DNA of 64,000 nt from the human T2T-CHM13v2.0 reference genome, Homo sapiens (GCF_009914755.1 NC_060931.1), one strand, 5' to 3'; shown: positions 1-25,545, counted from the first letter of the stretch. A program made the numbers and translations. The notes: generated by a model from the sequence alone, not told the origin.

Positions 1-597
1 AGAGCACTATGCTTCTCAAGGACCCATGGAACACTTAGCAAAACAGATCATATTCTAGGCCATACAGTAAATCTTCATAAAAGAATTAAGTCAAAAGGAT
101 TTAAGTCATACAAAGTATGGTCCCTGACCACAGAGCAATCAAATTAGAAATCAGTAATAAATAAACCCGACAGTAAGTCTAGGCCATAAGGACTGCAACT
201 ACTAGGCAAGTCCTGGCGCTGTGCTGGGCTCAGAGCCAGTAAATATGGGATCATGTGACCTATTGAGACACCAGCTAAGGGAGTACTTGTGCTACCCCTC
301 CCCTAACCCCAGACAGTGCAGCCTACCACTCTGAAAGAGACTACTTCCTTCCACTTGAGAATAGAGAGAAAAAGAGAACTTTGTCTTGCAACATGGATAC
401 GAGCTCAGCCACGGTAGGATAGGGCACTGGGCAGAGTCGTGAGGTCCCCATTCCAGGTCCTGGATCCTGTATGACATTTCTAGACACAACCAGGGCCAGA
501 AGAAATCCCACTCCCTTGAATGGAAAGACCCAGTCCTGGCAGGATTCACCACCTGGTGACTAAAGACCTCTTGGGCCCTGAATAATTAGTAGCAGTA

Positions 598-895
<298 letters not shown>

Positions 896-2449
896 TTACA
901 TGCCATGGGGCTTGGAAGAGATGCTGAGATGAGCTGGCTCAAGTGTGACCCAGCACACTCCCAGCTAGGGTGGCTACTAGCAGAGATTCCTGCTTCAGAA
1001 AGGCAGAGGAAGGGTTAAAAGGACTTGGTCTCGCAGCTTAGGTACCAGTTCAACCACAGTGGGGTAAAGCACCTAGCAGGCTCTTGGGGTCTCGTCAGTG
1101 GCATTTCTGGACCTGCCCTAGGTAAAGAGGAGCCCACACTCTGAAGGGTGAGTTCCAGGCCCAGCAGCATTCACCACAAGCTGACTGAGGAGCCCTTGGG
1201 CTTTACATGAACATTGGTGGTAGCCTGATAGTATTCCCGTGGGCCTGTGAGTGCTGAATATGAGAGACTCTTCTGCCTGTGGAAAGGGGAGGGAAGAGTA
1301 GGAAGGACATTGTCTTGTGGTTTGGATGCCAGCTCAGCCACAGTAGAATACAGCACCAAGTAGATTTCTAATGTTTCCAACTCTAGGCCTTGGTTCCCAG
1401 AAGGCATCTCTGGACTAAATCGGGACCTAGGGGAACTTGCTCCTCTGAAGTGAAGGACACAAGCTTGGCTGGCTTCACCACCTGTGGACTGTATGACCCT
1501 AGGGACTTGAATAAACATAGGCAGTAGCCAGGTAGTGGTTACAGCAGTTATTGGGTGAGACCCAGTGCTGTGCTGGCTTTAGGTCTGACCCAGCATAGTC
1601 CCAGTGGTAGGGGTCCTAGGGGTCCTTGTGTTACCCATCCAATAGCTCCAGGAAGCTCAGCACAGAGAGAGAGAGAGACTCCATTTCTTTGGAAAAATAA
1701 TGGAAGACAACAAGAGTCTGTGCTTGCTGATCCAGAGCATCCTTCCAGATCTTATTCAAGACTACCATGCCTCTATGAGTCTGCCAAAAATACAGTGTTA
1801 CTAGGCTTGGAGTGCCCAACCATGCAGATATACCTGCAGTGACCAAAAGCAGATCACAACACCCCAGTCCTTTCAAATACTTGGAAAATCTTCCTAAGGA
1901 AGATGGGTATAAGCAAGCATAAACTGAGAAGACTACAATAAATACCCATTCTTTTCAATGTCCAGACACAAATGAACATCCACAAGACTGTCCACAAAAA
2001 CATGACTTCACCAAATGAACTAAATAAAGCATGAGAGATCAATCCCAGATAAACAGAGCTATGTGACCTTTCAGATAATTCAAAATAGCTGTTTTGAGGA
2101 AACTCAAAGAAATTCAAGATAACACACACACAAAGAATTCAGAATTCTATCAGATAAATTTCAGAAAGAAATTGAAATAGTAAGAATCAGGGAGAAAATC
2201 TGGATTTGAAAAATGCAATTGACATACAGAAGAATACCTCAGTCTCTTAATAGGAGAATTGATTAAGCAGAAGGAAGAATTAGTAAGCTTGAAGACAGGC
2301 CATTTGAAAATAGTCAGAGAAGGCAAGAAAACAAAAAAGGAAATTAAGCATACCTACAAGATCTAGAAAGCAGCCTCAAAAGGGCAAATCTAAGAGTTAT
2401 TAACCTTAAAGAAGAGGCAGAGACAAGGATGGGGTAGAAAGTTTATTCA

Positions 2450-2762
<313 letters not shown>

Positions 2763-2993
2763 TCAAAGGGATAATACCAGATAATGCCCCAAACCTAGAA
2801 AAATATATCAGTATCCAACCTCAAGGCATTTAATAATCACACACGCAAAGGTCAAAGATAAAGAAAAGATCATAAAAGCAGCAAGAGAAAAGAAACAACA
2901 TACAATGGAGCTCTAATATGTCTGGCAGCAGACTTTTCAGTGGAAACCCTACAGGCCACGAGAGCGGCACAGCATAGTCAAAGTGCTGAAGGG

Positions 2994-3443
<450 letters not shown>

Positions 3444-3907
3444 TCAGTGTTGTCAACAGTTTAAAATAATGGGTTATAAGATATTGTTTGCAAGCCTCAT
3501 GGTAACCTTATATATGAAAACATACAATAGATATGCAAAAAATAAAAAGCAAGAAATTAAAACATACCACTGGAGAAATCACCTTCACTAAAAGGAAGAC
3601 AGGAAGGAGGGAATTAAGGAAGAAAGACCGCAAACCAGAAAACAAACAAAATGCAGGAACAAGTCCTTACTTATCAATAACTTTGACTATAAATGGACTA
3701 AACTCTCCAATCAAAAGACATAGAGTAACTGAACTGAAAAAGAAAAAAAAGGCCCAATTGTTGCCTACAAATAACACACTTCACCTGTAAAGACACACAC
3801 AGTTTGAGAATTAAGGGATGGAAAAAGGCATTCTGTGCAAATGGAAACCAAAAATGGGCTGAAGTAGCTATACTTGTATCAGACAAAATAGATTTCAAGA
3901 CAGAATT

Positions 3908-4196
<289 letters not shown>

Positions 4197-4366
4197 CTAA
4201 CTTCAACAGTGGGTCAATGAAGAAATTAAGAAGGAAATTTTAAACTTTCTTGAAACAAATGATAATGGAAACACAATATATCAAACAAATGAGATACAGT
4301 GAGAGCAGTACTAACAGGCAAGTTTATACCCATGAGCTTCTACGTCAAAAAAGTAGAAAAACTTCA

Positions 4367-4825
<459 letters not shown>

Positions 4826-6046
4826 TTAGCCAGGGTAAATAAGAAAAAGAGAAAATCCAAATGAATAAAATGAAAGATGAAAAAGGACGCATTATAACTG
4901 ATACCACAGAAATTCAAAGAATCATTAGAGGTTACTATGAGCAACTATAGTCCAATAAAGCTGGGAAATCTAGAAGAAATGAACAAATTCTTAGATACAT
5001 ATAACCTACCAAGATTGAACCATGAAGAAATCCAAAACCTGAATAGACCAATAACAAATGATGAGATGGAAGCTGTAATAAAAAGTCTCCCAGCAAAGGA
5101 AAGTCTGGGACCCCACAGCTTCACTGCTGAATTTTGCCAGCCATTTAAAGAAGAATTTGTACCAATCCTTCTCAAACTATTCTGAAAAACAGAGGAGGAG
5201 GGAATACTTCCAAACTCGTTCTACAAGGCCCATCTTACCCTGATACCAAAAGTAGACAAAAGCACAACAAAAAAAAAGACAATTACAGGCCAATATCCCT
5301 GATGAACATTGATGCTAAACTCCTCCACAAAATACTAGCAAACCAAATGCAAAATTAGATTTAAAAGATCACTCATCGTGACCAAGTGGGACTTATCCCT
5401 GGGACCCAAGGATGGTTCAATACATGCAAATCAATGTGTAATCATTATCAGCTGAATGAAGGACAAGAACCATATGATCATTTAAATTGATGCTGAAAAA
5501 AACATTCGATGGAATTTAACATTACTTCATGATACAAACCCTCAAAAAACTGGAGATAGAAAGAATATACCTCAGCACAATAAGAGCTGTATGTGACAAA
5601 CCCACAGCTAGTATCATACTGAATGAGGAAACACTGAAAGCCTTTCCTCTAAGATCTGGAACACGACAAGGATGCCCACTTTCACTACTGTTATTCAGCA
5701 TAGTACTGGAAGTTTTAGCTAGAGCAATCAGATAAGAGAAAGAAATAAAGGGCATCCAAATTGGAAAAGAAGTCAAATTATCCTTGTTTGCTGATGATAT
5801 AATCTTATATTTGGAAAAATCCTAACAACTCCACCAAAAATCTATTAGGACTGACAAATTCAGTAAAATTGCAGGATACAAAATCAACCTACAAATATCT
5901 GTAGCATTTCTATATGCCAACAGCACACAATCTGAAAAATCAAGAAAGTAATCCCAGTTACAACAGTTTCAAATAAAATAAAATACCCAGAAATTAACCA
6001 AGTGAAAGACCTCTACAATGAAAATATAAAACACTGATACAAGCAG

Positions 6047-6360
6047 ACTGGGCGTGGTGGCTCATGCCTGTAATCCCAGCACCTTGGGAGGCCGAGGTGT
6101 GCAGATCACAAGGTCAGGAGATCAAGACCATCCTAGTCAACATGGTGAAACCCCGTCTCTACTAAAAATACAAAAAAATTAGCTGGGTGTGGTGGCGTGT
6201 GCCTGTAATCCCAGCTACTCGGCAGGCTGAGGCAGAAGGATCCGCCTTGAACCTGGGAGGCGGAGATTGCAGTGAACCGAGATTATGCCACTGCACTCCA
6301 GCCTGGCGATAGAGACTCCGTCTCAAAAAAAAAAAAAAGAAGAAGAAGAAGAAGAAAAAA
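6047..6360 (+). mobile_element. AluS with (GAA)n tail
   Basis: TSD aaaacaYtgatacaagca. Confidence 0.9.
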
Positions 6361-6466
6361 CATTGATACAAGCAATTGAAGAGGGCACACACAAAAAATG
6401 GAGATTTCATGTTTACATACTGGAAGAATCAGTATCATTAAAATGTATATATTACACCCAAAACTA

Positions 6467-6830
<364 letters not shown>

Positions 6831-8678
6831 AGAAAATATAATCCTAAAATGTATATGGAACCACAAAAAACTCAGAATAGCTAAAGATTTCCTAAGCAAA
6901 ATAACTGGAGGAATCACATTACCTGACCTCAAATTATACTACAGAGCTATGGTAACCGAAACAGCATGGTACTGGCATAAAAACAGGCATATAGACGAGT
7001 GAAGCAGAATAGAGAACCCAGAAACAAATCCATGCACCTACAGTAAACTCATTTTCAACAAAGGTGTCAACAATATATACTGGAGAAAGGACAGCCTCTT
7101 CAATAAGTGGTGCTAAGAAAACTGGACATCCACATGCAAAAGAATGAAACTAGATCCCTGTTTCTTGCCATATTCAACAATCAAATAAAAATGGGTTAAA
7201 GACTTAAATCTAAGTCTTCAAACTATAAACCTACTACATGAAAAACTTGCAGAAACTCTCTAGGACACCGCACTGGGCAAAGATTTCTTGAGCAATCAAT
7301 ACCCAATAAGCAGGGGCAACCAAAGTAAAAATGGACAAATGAGATCACATCAAGTTAAAAAGCTTCTGCACAGCAAAAAAGTGAAAAGACAATCCACAGA
7401 ATGGGAAAAGTCTTTGCAAACTATCCATCTGATAAGGGATTAATAACCAGAATATATAAGGAGCTCAAACAACTCTATAGGGAAATCTAATAATCCAATT
7501 AAAAAATGGGCCAAAGATCTGAATGGCTATTTCTCCAAAGAAGATGTACAAATAGCAAACACATATATAAAAAGGTGCTCAATCAATATCATTGATCATA
7601 AGAGAAATGCAAATCAAAACTACAATGAGATATCATCTCACCCCAGTTAAAATAGCTTTTATCCAAAAGACAGGCAATAAATGCTGACATGCAAGTGAAG
7701 AAGAGGGAACCCCTGTACACTGTTAGTGGGAATGTAAATTAGTACAACCACTATGAAGAACAGTTTGCAGCTTCTTCAAAGAACTAAAAATAGAGCTACC
7801 ATATGATCCAGCAATCCCACTGCTAGATATATACCACCCCCCAAAAAAGGAAATTATTATATCAAAGAGATATCTGCACTCTCATGTTTATTACAGCACT
7901 ATTCATAATAGCAAAGATTTGGAAGCAACCTATGTGTCCATCAAGAAACAAATGGATAAACAGGATGTGGCAAGCATACACAATGGGGTACTATTTAGTT
8001 ATGAGAAAGAATGAGATCCTGTAATTTCCAGCAGCATAGATGGAACTGGAGGTCATCATGTTCAGTGAAATAAGGCAGGTACAGAAAGACAAACATCATA
8101 TGTTCTCACTTATTTGTGGGAGCTAAAAATGAAAACAATTGAACTTATGAACATAGAGAGTAAAATGATAGTTACTAGAGACTGGGAAGGGTACTGTGAG
8201 TGTGTGTCAGGGGAGTGAGGATAGGTAATGGATACAAAAAATAGAAAAAATAGGATCTAATATTTGATAGTGTAACAGGGTGAGTATAATCAATAATTAT
8301 TTAGTTGTACATTTAAAAATAAAGAGTGTAAGTGGATTGTTTGTAACACAAAGGATAAATCTTTGTGGTCATAGATACCACATTTACCCTGATGGTGATT
8401 ATTACACAAACTATGCCCATATCAAAATATGTCATATATTCCATAAATATATATATATATACACCTACTATGTAACTATAAAAATTAAAAAAAAGAAAAC
8501 TGGTGTCAATTTACAAGACTGGACACTAATAACACTGCAAAAAGTGTCGGGTTTTTTTTTTTGGACATGCCTACATCTCAACCAAAGATTAAAATGTATA
8601 CAAAGCATCAGGGTAGCATGACCCAATCAATAAAAGAAAACAAACATCCAGAAATCAAACCCAAAGAAACCAAGATAT

Positions 8679-8980
8679 GGCTGGGTGCTGTGGGTGGTTC
8701 ACGCCTGTAAGCCCAACACTTTGGGAGGTCAAGTCAGGCACATCCCTTGAATCCTGGGAATTTGAGACCAGCCTGGGCAAAATAGCAAAATCCTGTCTCT
8801 ACTAAAAATACAAAAAATTGGCTAGGCATGGTGGGGCATGCCTGTAGTCTCAGCTACTCAGGAGGCTGTGGTAGGAGAAACAGCTGAGACTGGGAAGTTG
8901 AGGCTACAGTGAGCCGTGATCATGCCACTGAACTCCAGCCTGGGTGATAGCAGTGAGACCCTGTCTCAAAAAAAAAAAAA
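8679..8980 (+). mobile_element. AluJ-like
   Basis: Diverged Alu dimer. Confidence 0.85.
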
Positions 8981-9882
8981 TGTATAAATTGCCTGAAAAA
9001 ATTTAAAGTAACCATCTTAATGGCACTTGATGAGTAAATCACAACATAGACAACAAAATAAAATCAGGAAAATGAAATGATCAACAAAGATAGAAACTAT
9101 AAGGCAAACAAATTGTAGAGCTGCAGAATACAAAAATGATTGAGAAATTATCAAACTTAAGGAAGGAAAAAGACCTTAAAACTTAAAGAACTCAACAAAC
9201 TCCAACTAAACACAAAGAAACCCACTATGAGAAACATCATAAGCCAAGTTTCAAAAGCCACAAAGAGAGAATCTTGAAAGAAGCAAGAGAAAGGTGATAA
9301 ATTATCTGTAAGAGTGCTTCAGTAAGATTACTCGTAGATTTCTGAACAGAATCCTCACAGGCTAGAAAAGAGTTGGATAATATAATCAAAGAGCTGAAAG
9401 AAGAAAAACTTCCAAGCAAGAATACTATAACCAGCAATACCGTCCTCCAAATGAGGGAAAAATACAGATTTTCTAAGGCTAACAGAGATTAAAAAGTATA
9501 TCACTAATAGACTTGCCCTACAAGAAATGCTAAAGGGAGTCTCTTCCATTGAAAATGAAATGATGCTACAAAACAACACAAAATCAGATAAAAATAGGTG
9601 ACTCTCAGGAAAGATAGGCACATACACAAAAATAAAATTTTGTAGGATAATAATACTGCAGAAAACACTTTTAATTATGCTCTAAAAGTTGTACGTCAAA
9701 AGCATAAAAATAGAAATAAACATCTGTTAATGTAAATATAAAATAGAAAGTTGTAATTAGTGACAATAATAACAAAGTTGAGGGTAGAAAATAATGAGAA
9801 AAACTATTTGTATACAACTGAAGTTAAGTTAAGATGTTATCAGCTTAAGATGCACTGCTATAACATTAAGAAGTTTAATATA

Positions 9883-10182
<300 letters not shown>

Positions 10183-10599
10183 GGTTTAAGATAACCCCCA
10201 TGGCAACCATGAATAAAATACTCAGATATAAAATAAGAAAGGAGTCAAAGCATGTCACTACAAAGATGAACAAGATGCAAAGACAGAAGAGGGACAAACT
10301 GGGTACAAAAATTAAATAAAAGAAGTAAGAAAATGGCAACAGTAAGGCCTTCCCTTTCAGGAAATTATTTAAATATTCATGGACTAAACTTTCCTATCAA
10401 AGGACATATATTAAATAGAGATTAAAAAATAAAAACTCGAGGAAACTATATCCTGTCTCTAAGACAAACACGTTAGATCCAATACCAAAAATAGACAAAC
10501 TGGCAGGATGGAAGACATTACATGCAAATATGAATGAAACAAGAGCAGGAGAGGTCACAATTATATTAGGCAAAATACCTTGCAAGTAAAAAATTACTA

Positions 10600-11450
10600 T
10601 TTTTTTTCACTTTAGCATGCTCTACTGGATATTTAATATACATTTTTTTGTATTCATTATAAAGTACTCTTCAATAGTGAAACAGAGGTTAGTATGTTTT
10701 TAATCAGGAAATACAAGTACAAGTCTCTAATTTATATTTAGATGGTCTGATTCACTCAAATCCTGAAGTGGCAGGCTGCCAGATGCCTGGAACCTCTTAA
10801 CAGTAAAAGTGACATCAGAAATATATAGTAATGTTCTTACCAAAATTAATAAATGCTTAGATATAAGAACGACTACTTAAAACTTCTAAGTCACAAAACA
10901 CCGTGCTAAAGGTTTTTAGCAACCTCTTCTTTACAGAACATAATTACTTCTCTTATGTGGGGGTAGATTTGTGAATAGGCCAAAATTTCATAGGAAGGTG
11001 GGACATGGACCTTCCCCCTCCTCATTAGAAGTCATTTCGTCAGGACTTATGGTGGCCATATGGTGTTCCAAATGCTAACAGGAAACAAATGAATCAACTT
11101 ATGCACATGAAAAGCAAACTATGAATAACGAATAAGGAAGGGGGGAAACAGTTCAATAAGTTCAGATACAACTTGATACTGTCACAGGCTGTCACAGACC
11201 TCAGTATCTTCTTTATGGCCTAAGGAAACTGAGCCACCAACAGGAAAAAAGGTCACCTCACAGAGAATGCTGTGAGATTCTTAAGTTGCTAGACTCCTTT
11301 CCATCTTCTTCTCCTCAGGTCGATACTGCCGTCAAATTCTACACAATTCAACATCCATCTTCACATAACAATTAGTGTGACCCAAATTCATCCAAGATGT
11401 TAAAAGAAGGGAAGACAATCTACTAGGATTAGCCATAACTGTCCACAGTT
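10600..11450 (-). pseudogene. Retroposed 3'-UTR-like mRNA fragment (parent gene not recognised)
   Basis: T-run at 10600-10607 (minus-strand poly-A). ATTAAA on the minus strand at 10632-10637. Non-repeat sequence flanked by a ~100-bp direct duplication (10503-10602 / 11451-11552). Confidence 0.7.
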
Positions 11451-11859
11451 GCAGGATGGAAAAGATATGACATGCAAATATGAACCAAACGAGAGCAGGA
11501 GAGATCACAATTATATTAGGCAAAATACCTTTTAAGTAAAAAATTACTATTTGTAGTAAAATATACCTTACGTCAAAACTGTCAGAAGAGACAAAGAACA
11601 TTAAATAATAATAAAAGGTTTCTATTCACTGGGAACCTATGAAACATACAGACGTACATAGGTAAACAAATAAAAATCAGGGTTCCCTCATATATAAAGC
11701 AAACACTGACAGAATTTAAGAAATAGACAGTAATATAATAATAGCAGGATACTTCAATACTCTACTTTCAGTAATGAATAACAAAGCAAAACCAAATATA
11801 AACAAGGGAACAAAGGACTTGAAAGCACTATAAAACAATTACACCTAATAGACACATAG

Positions 11860-12960
<1,101 letters not shown>

Positions 12961-13239
12961 CAGCCCTTTGCTTCAGGGCTTCCTTGCGGTGCTGGCACGT
13001 GGCCCCTCCAGGGGAACATCTGCATTTAAGCAGAACTTGGTTGTGCCTTTCCAGTGTTCCACTGTTGGCCTCCTGCACTTCCTGAGTTCTTTCTGACCTT
13101 TGGATTTTTGAGGCGGCAGCCTGAGCTTTCACAAGAGAGGCAGTGCTTTAAGGCAGCCATTTCCAATAGAAAGAAAAAAAATGTGAGCCATGCGTGTCAT
13201 TTAAATTTTTCTAGTAGCTGCTTAAAGGAAAAGGAAACA

Positions 13240-13573
<334 letters not shown>

Positions 13574-13639
13574 TCAATAGATCCAAAATATTATTTTGAT
13601 TTGTGATCTACATAAAATCATTATTATTATTATTCATTT

Positions 13640-13915
13640 TAAAAATAGAGACAGAGTCTCTCTCTATCGCCCAGGCTGTAGCGCAGTGAGGTGAGCATAG
13701 CTCACTGCAACCTGGGACTCCTGGGTTCAAGTGACCCTCCCTCTCCAGCCTCTCGAGTAGCTGGGACTACAGGTGGGCACCACCATGCCCAGCTAATATT
13801 TTTATGTTTGTAGAGACGTGTCACCGTCTTGCCCAGGCTGGTGTCCAACTCCTGCTTCAAGGGAAGCTCCGGCCTTGGCCTCCCAAAGTGCTGGGATTAC
13901 AGGCGTGAGCCACTG
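13640..13915 (-). mobile_element. AluJ-like
   Basis: Antisense Alu. Confidence 0.85.
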
Positions 13916-14350
13916 AAGGGGGCCTTTGGTAGGAAATCTTAGAAACTCACTCTATATTTTAAGCTTCCAGCACATCTCACTTAAGACCAGCCACATTCCA
14001 GGTGCCCTACATGGTCAGCGGCTGCCACATTGAAGTGGAGCTCTGGGAGCATTGGCTCCCCTGACTTCAGGGGAAGTGAAGGCCTGAACTCTCTCCTTTT
14101 CTGCCACGGGCAAAGGAACACCCCCTTCCTACCAGCATCTCCCCTCAGGCTGATAGGTGGGAGAGGTGGTGCCCTGAAAGAGAGCAGGGGGCTCACAAGC
14201 AGAAAGTGTCCACAGGTAAACAACTGTTACCCACCTGCTGCTTGAGGGTGGGGTGGGGCATCCTCCTTCTAGAAACCAGACAGTAAAAAAAGAATGATGA
14301 GGCCTCAGGAGGATGAAACCCCATGTCTTCAGATGTGTCCACAGCCCTGA

Positions 14351-14642
<292 letters not shown>

Positions 14643-14794
14643 TGATATAGAAAATCAGTACATGTAATGTGCTGTTTGTCAGGGAACTTGTAATCAACCT
14701 GTTCTTGAATCCTGGCATCCCATCTGTAATGAGGGTATGTATTAGTTAACTATCCCTACATTTAAAAAAAAACAAAAAACAAAAAACACCCCAA

Positions 14795-15860
<1,066 letters not shown>

Positions 15861-16246
15861 GTATCACTTTGCCTTTTCTTGTAGACAACGTTTATATACA
15901 TGTTCCAAGTCAAGAGACTTGTCCAAAACTGCACAACTACTAAACTGCTGGGCTGGGACTTAGGATCACCCTCACCTAATTTCAAAGCTCATGCACCTCC
16001 ATAGGCCATGCTACTTATGCAGCATCCCCGGGCTCTCAAGGTTCTAGATAGTGAGTCTTCTGAAAAAGAAGCGGGATTCCATTGAGATTCTCATGCATCT
16101 AGTACCCTTCGCTCCTGGGAATAATCCCCTCCAGAAAATACTTCTGAAGACCCTTGAAAGGACTTGAAATAATCTGGGGAAAAGGCTGAGTTTAGGAAAT
16201 CAAGGCTCAATATTATATTTTTCATTTCTCACCATAGGAGAAATTT

Positions 16247-18262
<2,016 letters not shown>

Positions 18263-18467
18263 TTAAAAGCATGTATAATGCACTCTATGTGTCTGCAAAT
18301 TCTTGTCATCCCTTTGTGGTATCTGTAGGCTATTTACGACTTTCAATACAGACTAAATCAAAATACCGTAACAGAAACAATCTGTTACTCTGAAAACAAG
18401 TGACATAAAAATAGAGCTGCCAAGAGGACATTTTCCCTTGCTGCAGTTTAGCCCAGACAACTGCTGA

Positions 18468-18774
<307 letters not shown>

Positions 18775-18947
18775 CATCTTTTGATTTTAACAGGGCAGAA
18801 CTGTTTTCCAAAAGCCAAAACTCAGGAGCATCCATGGGGGCAAATACCAGCAGTCCACATGGAAAACACATATATTTAATTCATCCTTCACACCGAACCA
18901 ATGAACATTACCCTTGGTTTAACATCAGAATTGCCAGAGGGTGATAG

Positions 18948-19298
<351 letters not shown>

Positions 19299-19779
19299 TG
19301 AACTAGTTGTAAATGTTTTCTCAAATTAATGCAAAAATGTTGACTGTTGGAATTTGGTTTTCCAGCCATACCTGCATTACCTACTTAGTACCTTGGTTGG
19401 AATTGACTTCTACTACTTGTTTTGTTTTGGATTCAACCAAGTTCCACAAGCACCTTACTGTATGCACAGGGCACTGTACTAGATTCCCTAACCTTGGTGA
19501 GCATCATTATTGGAGAGGACTTTGCTGGGGAGAAATGCATCCCCCAAAATCAACACCATACCACTTACCAAATGCAGGCAAAAATGGAAAGACCCAGGAG
19601 GTCACTTGAATGTTAGAACATTAATAGATACTTGAAAATATTAAAATCCATCTCGTGGTTACCTGAGCAAATGTGTTCCACTTTAAAACAAAACAAATGA
19701 ATAAACAAAATGCTGCCATTATTCTGAGGTACCGAGTTAGGGTTTTTATGCAAATATGTAATATTTAAAAATTTTATTG

Positions 19780-20118
<339 letters not shown>

Positions 20119-20307
20119 TCATGTAAAGCTCAATGAATTATTACAAAGCGAATATAGTTTTATAACCAAGAAATAGAACCACCCTCATGTATGTCCCCAA
20201 CAATCATTTTCTTTCTCCTTCCCTTCCGCAACAAAGGTCACCAATATCTTAGACATTAGTATTGTAGATGGATTTTGTCTTTTTATACAATTGTTTTACT
20301 ACGGAAC

Positions 20308-20310
20308 ATT

Positions 20311-20353
<43 letters not shown>

Positions 20354-20640
20354 TTTTTGAGAATGAGTTTTGCTCTGTCACCCAGGCTGGAGTGCAGTGG
20401 CACTATCTTGGTTCACTGCAACATCTGCCCCCTGGGTTCCAGTGATTCCCCTGCCTCAGCCTCCTGAGTAGTTGGGACTATATGTGCCCACCACCATGCT
20501 CGGCTAATATTTGTATTTTTAGTAGAGATGGGGTTTCACCATGTTGGCCAGACTGGTCTCGAACTCCTGACCTCAAGCAATCTGCCTGCCTCAGCCTCCC
20601 AATGTCCTGGGATTACAGGCATGAGCAACCACATCCCACC
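20308..20640 (-). mobile_element. AluS with (TTTA)n tail
   Basis: Antisense Alu. Confidence 0.9.
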
Positions 20641-20697
20641 AAACTTTACAGTTTTAAGAAATAAATACACTCCCCCATGTAATCTTCACCTACTTTA

Positions 20698-21033
<336 letters not shown>

Positions 21034-21380
21034 TTAATGTTTTCATCATCCTCAGAAATTCCCTTTTGTTTTTTCCTAGGCAATTTTTGTTTTCTCCCAA
21101 GAGGCTATCTCTGCTCTGATTTTTTTTTCAACATATGTTACTTTTGCCTGGACTCATACAGCTGCATTATTTTATGTCCAGCCTGTCTCATTTTGCAGGG
21201 TTAGGAGAGTCATCCCGGGTCCATGCTTCAGTAGTTTGTTCCTTTGTACTGCTGAATAGTATCCTGTTGTATAAATGCCCTGCAATTCATTCATCCATGT
21301 GGTTTTCTACTTTGGGCTATTATGACTAAAATGTCTATGAACAACCTTATGTAATTTCTAATATTTAATTTCTTTATTAG

Positions 21381-21738
<358 letters not shown>

Positions 21739-21936
21739 GCAATATGCACTTTTAACATACCACAATCTATGTAGAGTTAATACTGTGCAATTTTAATCAA
21801 TGTACATTATAAAAACCTTGCTATGAAACAATTTTATTAAACTCTATTTATCATGCTACCATTATAAATTTAACATCTTCATGATTTAAATTCCACGTTA
21901 CAATGTTATAATTTTTGCTTTAAATAGTCACAGGTT

Positions 21937-22345
<409 letters not shown>

Positions 22346-23168
22346 TTAGTCACCATTTTTGAATTGTTCAGTGAATCTTGCTTATGATAATTACTACTGT
22401 GGTGTTCTAGTGGTAATTTTATATCTGAATTATCTACCTATATTGATTAGTATTTTGGAATTCTAAATACTAATTTAGGAAAAATTTAAACTTCCTTCCT
22501 TCCTTCCATCCTTTATTCTTTCCTTCTTTATTTACCTAATCTTTTTCTATCAATATGGACTCATGGGTATTTATTTTATTCTGTGAGTTGGAGTTCAATG
22601 CTATCATGATTTCATTGTTCACATTGTTCCAGCTTGGGCCATTGGGAGGTCTGCCAAGTTATCTTGTTTTGACATCTCTCTTTTATGAAAAGCACTTTTC
22701 AGCTTTCTGGCTCTACAAGAAACTCTACTCAACTTTTATTTTCCATTTTCAGCCCTAGAATTATCCATTTTTACAAGCTTTGTTTCCTTTTATTAAAGAA
22801 TTATATTAGAAATCAAGATCTAGAGAGCTAGGTGTGCTCATAGACACTGGGATATAACTGCTTTTGGGCCTCTCAGCAGACGGACTTTGAAACTGTGTAT
22901 ATAAATATAAACTCAAATATGCCCACATCTATCTATCTATCAATAGATCTATCTATCCATCCATCCATCCATCCACCCATCCATTCATCCATCCTGAATG
23001 TATGGACATGGCTTCATTCTGACATTTCCAACTCCAGTCCAGAACCGCTAGTTTATTCTAACATGATTCCTTTGTTTATGTGTAATTGTTTTATGACTAT
23101 ACTGAGAAATGGGCACTAATCATCTACAAAATATATTCTAACATATAAAGTAGTTTCAGAATTACTAA

Positions 23169-23985
<817 letters not shown>

Positions 23986-23989
23986 CACA

Positions 23990-24338
<349 letters not shown>

Positions 24339-24370
24339 TCAGGTTTCTCTCCCTCACCACTTAGAAATGA

Positions 24371-24907
<537 letters not shown>

Positions 24908-24909
24908 TA

Positions 24910-25128
24910 GCCAGGCACAGTGCCTCACACCTGCAATCCCAGCACTTTGGGAGGCTGAGGAAGGTGGATCACGAGGTCAGGAGTTCAAGACAAGCCTGGC
25001 CAACATGGTGAAACTCCATCTCTACTAAAGATACAAAAAATTAGCCGGGCATGGTGGCAGGCACCTGTAATCCCAGCTACTTGGGAGGCTGAGGCAGGAG
25101 AATCGCTTGAACCTGGCAGGCGGAGGTT
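24910..25128 (+). mobile_element. 3'-truncated AluS
   Basis: Alu ends abruptly at 'gcggaggtt'. Confidence 0.85.
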
Positions 25129-25301
25129 AATTTCTAGCCACTTTTTACATCAGTCAGTCCAGATTCCACAGAGCAAGCAGCTTCAAGAAATGGTTACAAA
25201 GCTCAAGGGGGGAAGTGAGACATAACTGCTGCCTAGTTCCTGTGCCTGTGTGGACCTAATAACTTAGAGGTAGTTTACATTCCTCAGATTAAAAAATTTC
25301 T

Positions 25302-25545
25302 GCCGGGTGCAGTGGCTCATGCCTGTAATCCCAGAATTTTGGGAGGCCGAGGCAAGTGGATTGCTTGAGCCCAGGAGTTCGCGGCAAACTTGGACAATGT
25401 ATCAAAACCCTGTCTCTACTAAAAATACAAAAATTAGCTATATGTGGTAGTGCATGCCTGTAGTCCTAGCTACTCAGGATGCTGAGGCAGGAAGATCGCT
25501 TGAACCCAGGAGGTCAAGACTGCAGTAAGCTGTGATGGTGCCACA
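25302..25545 (+). mobile_element. 3'-truncated Alu
   Basis: Alu fused to an L1 3' fragment. Confidence 0.85.
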
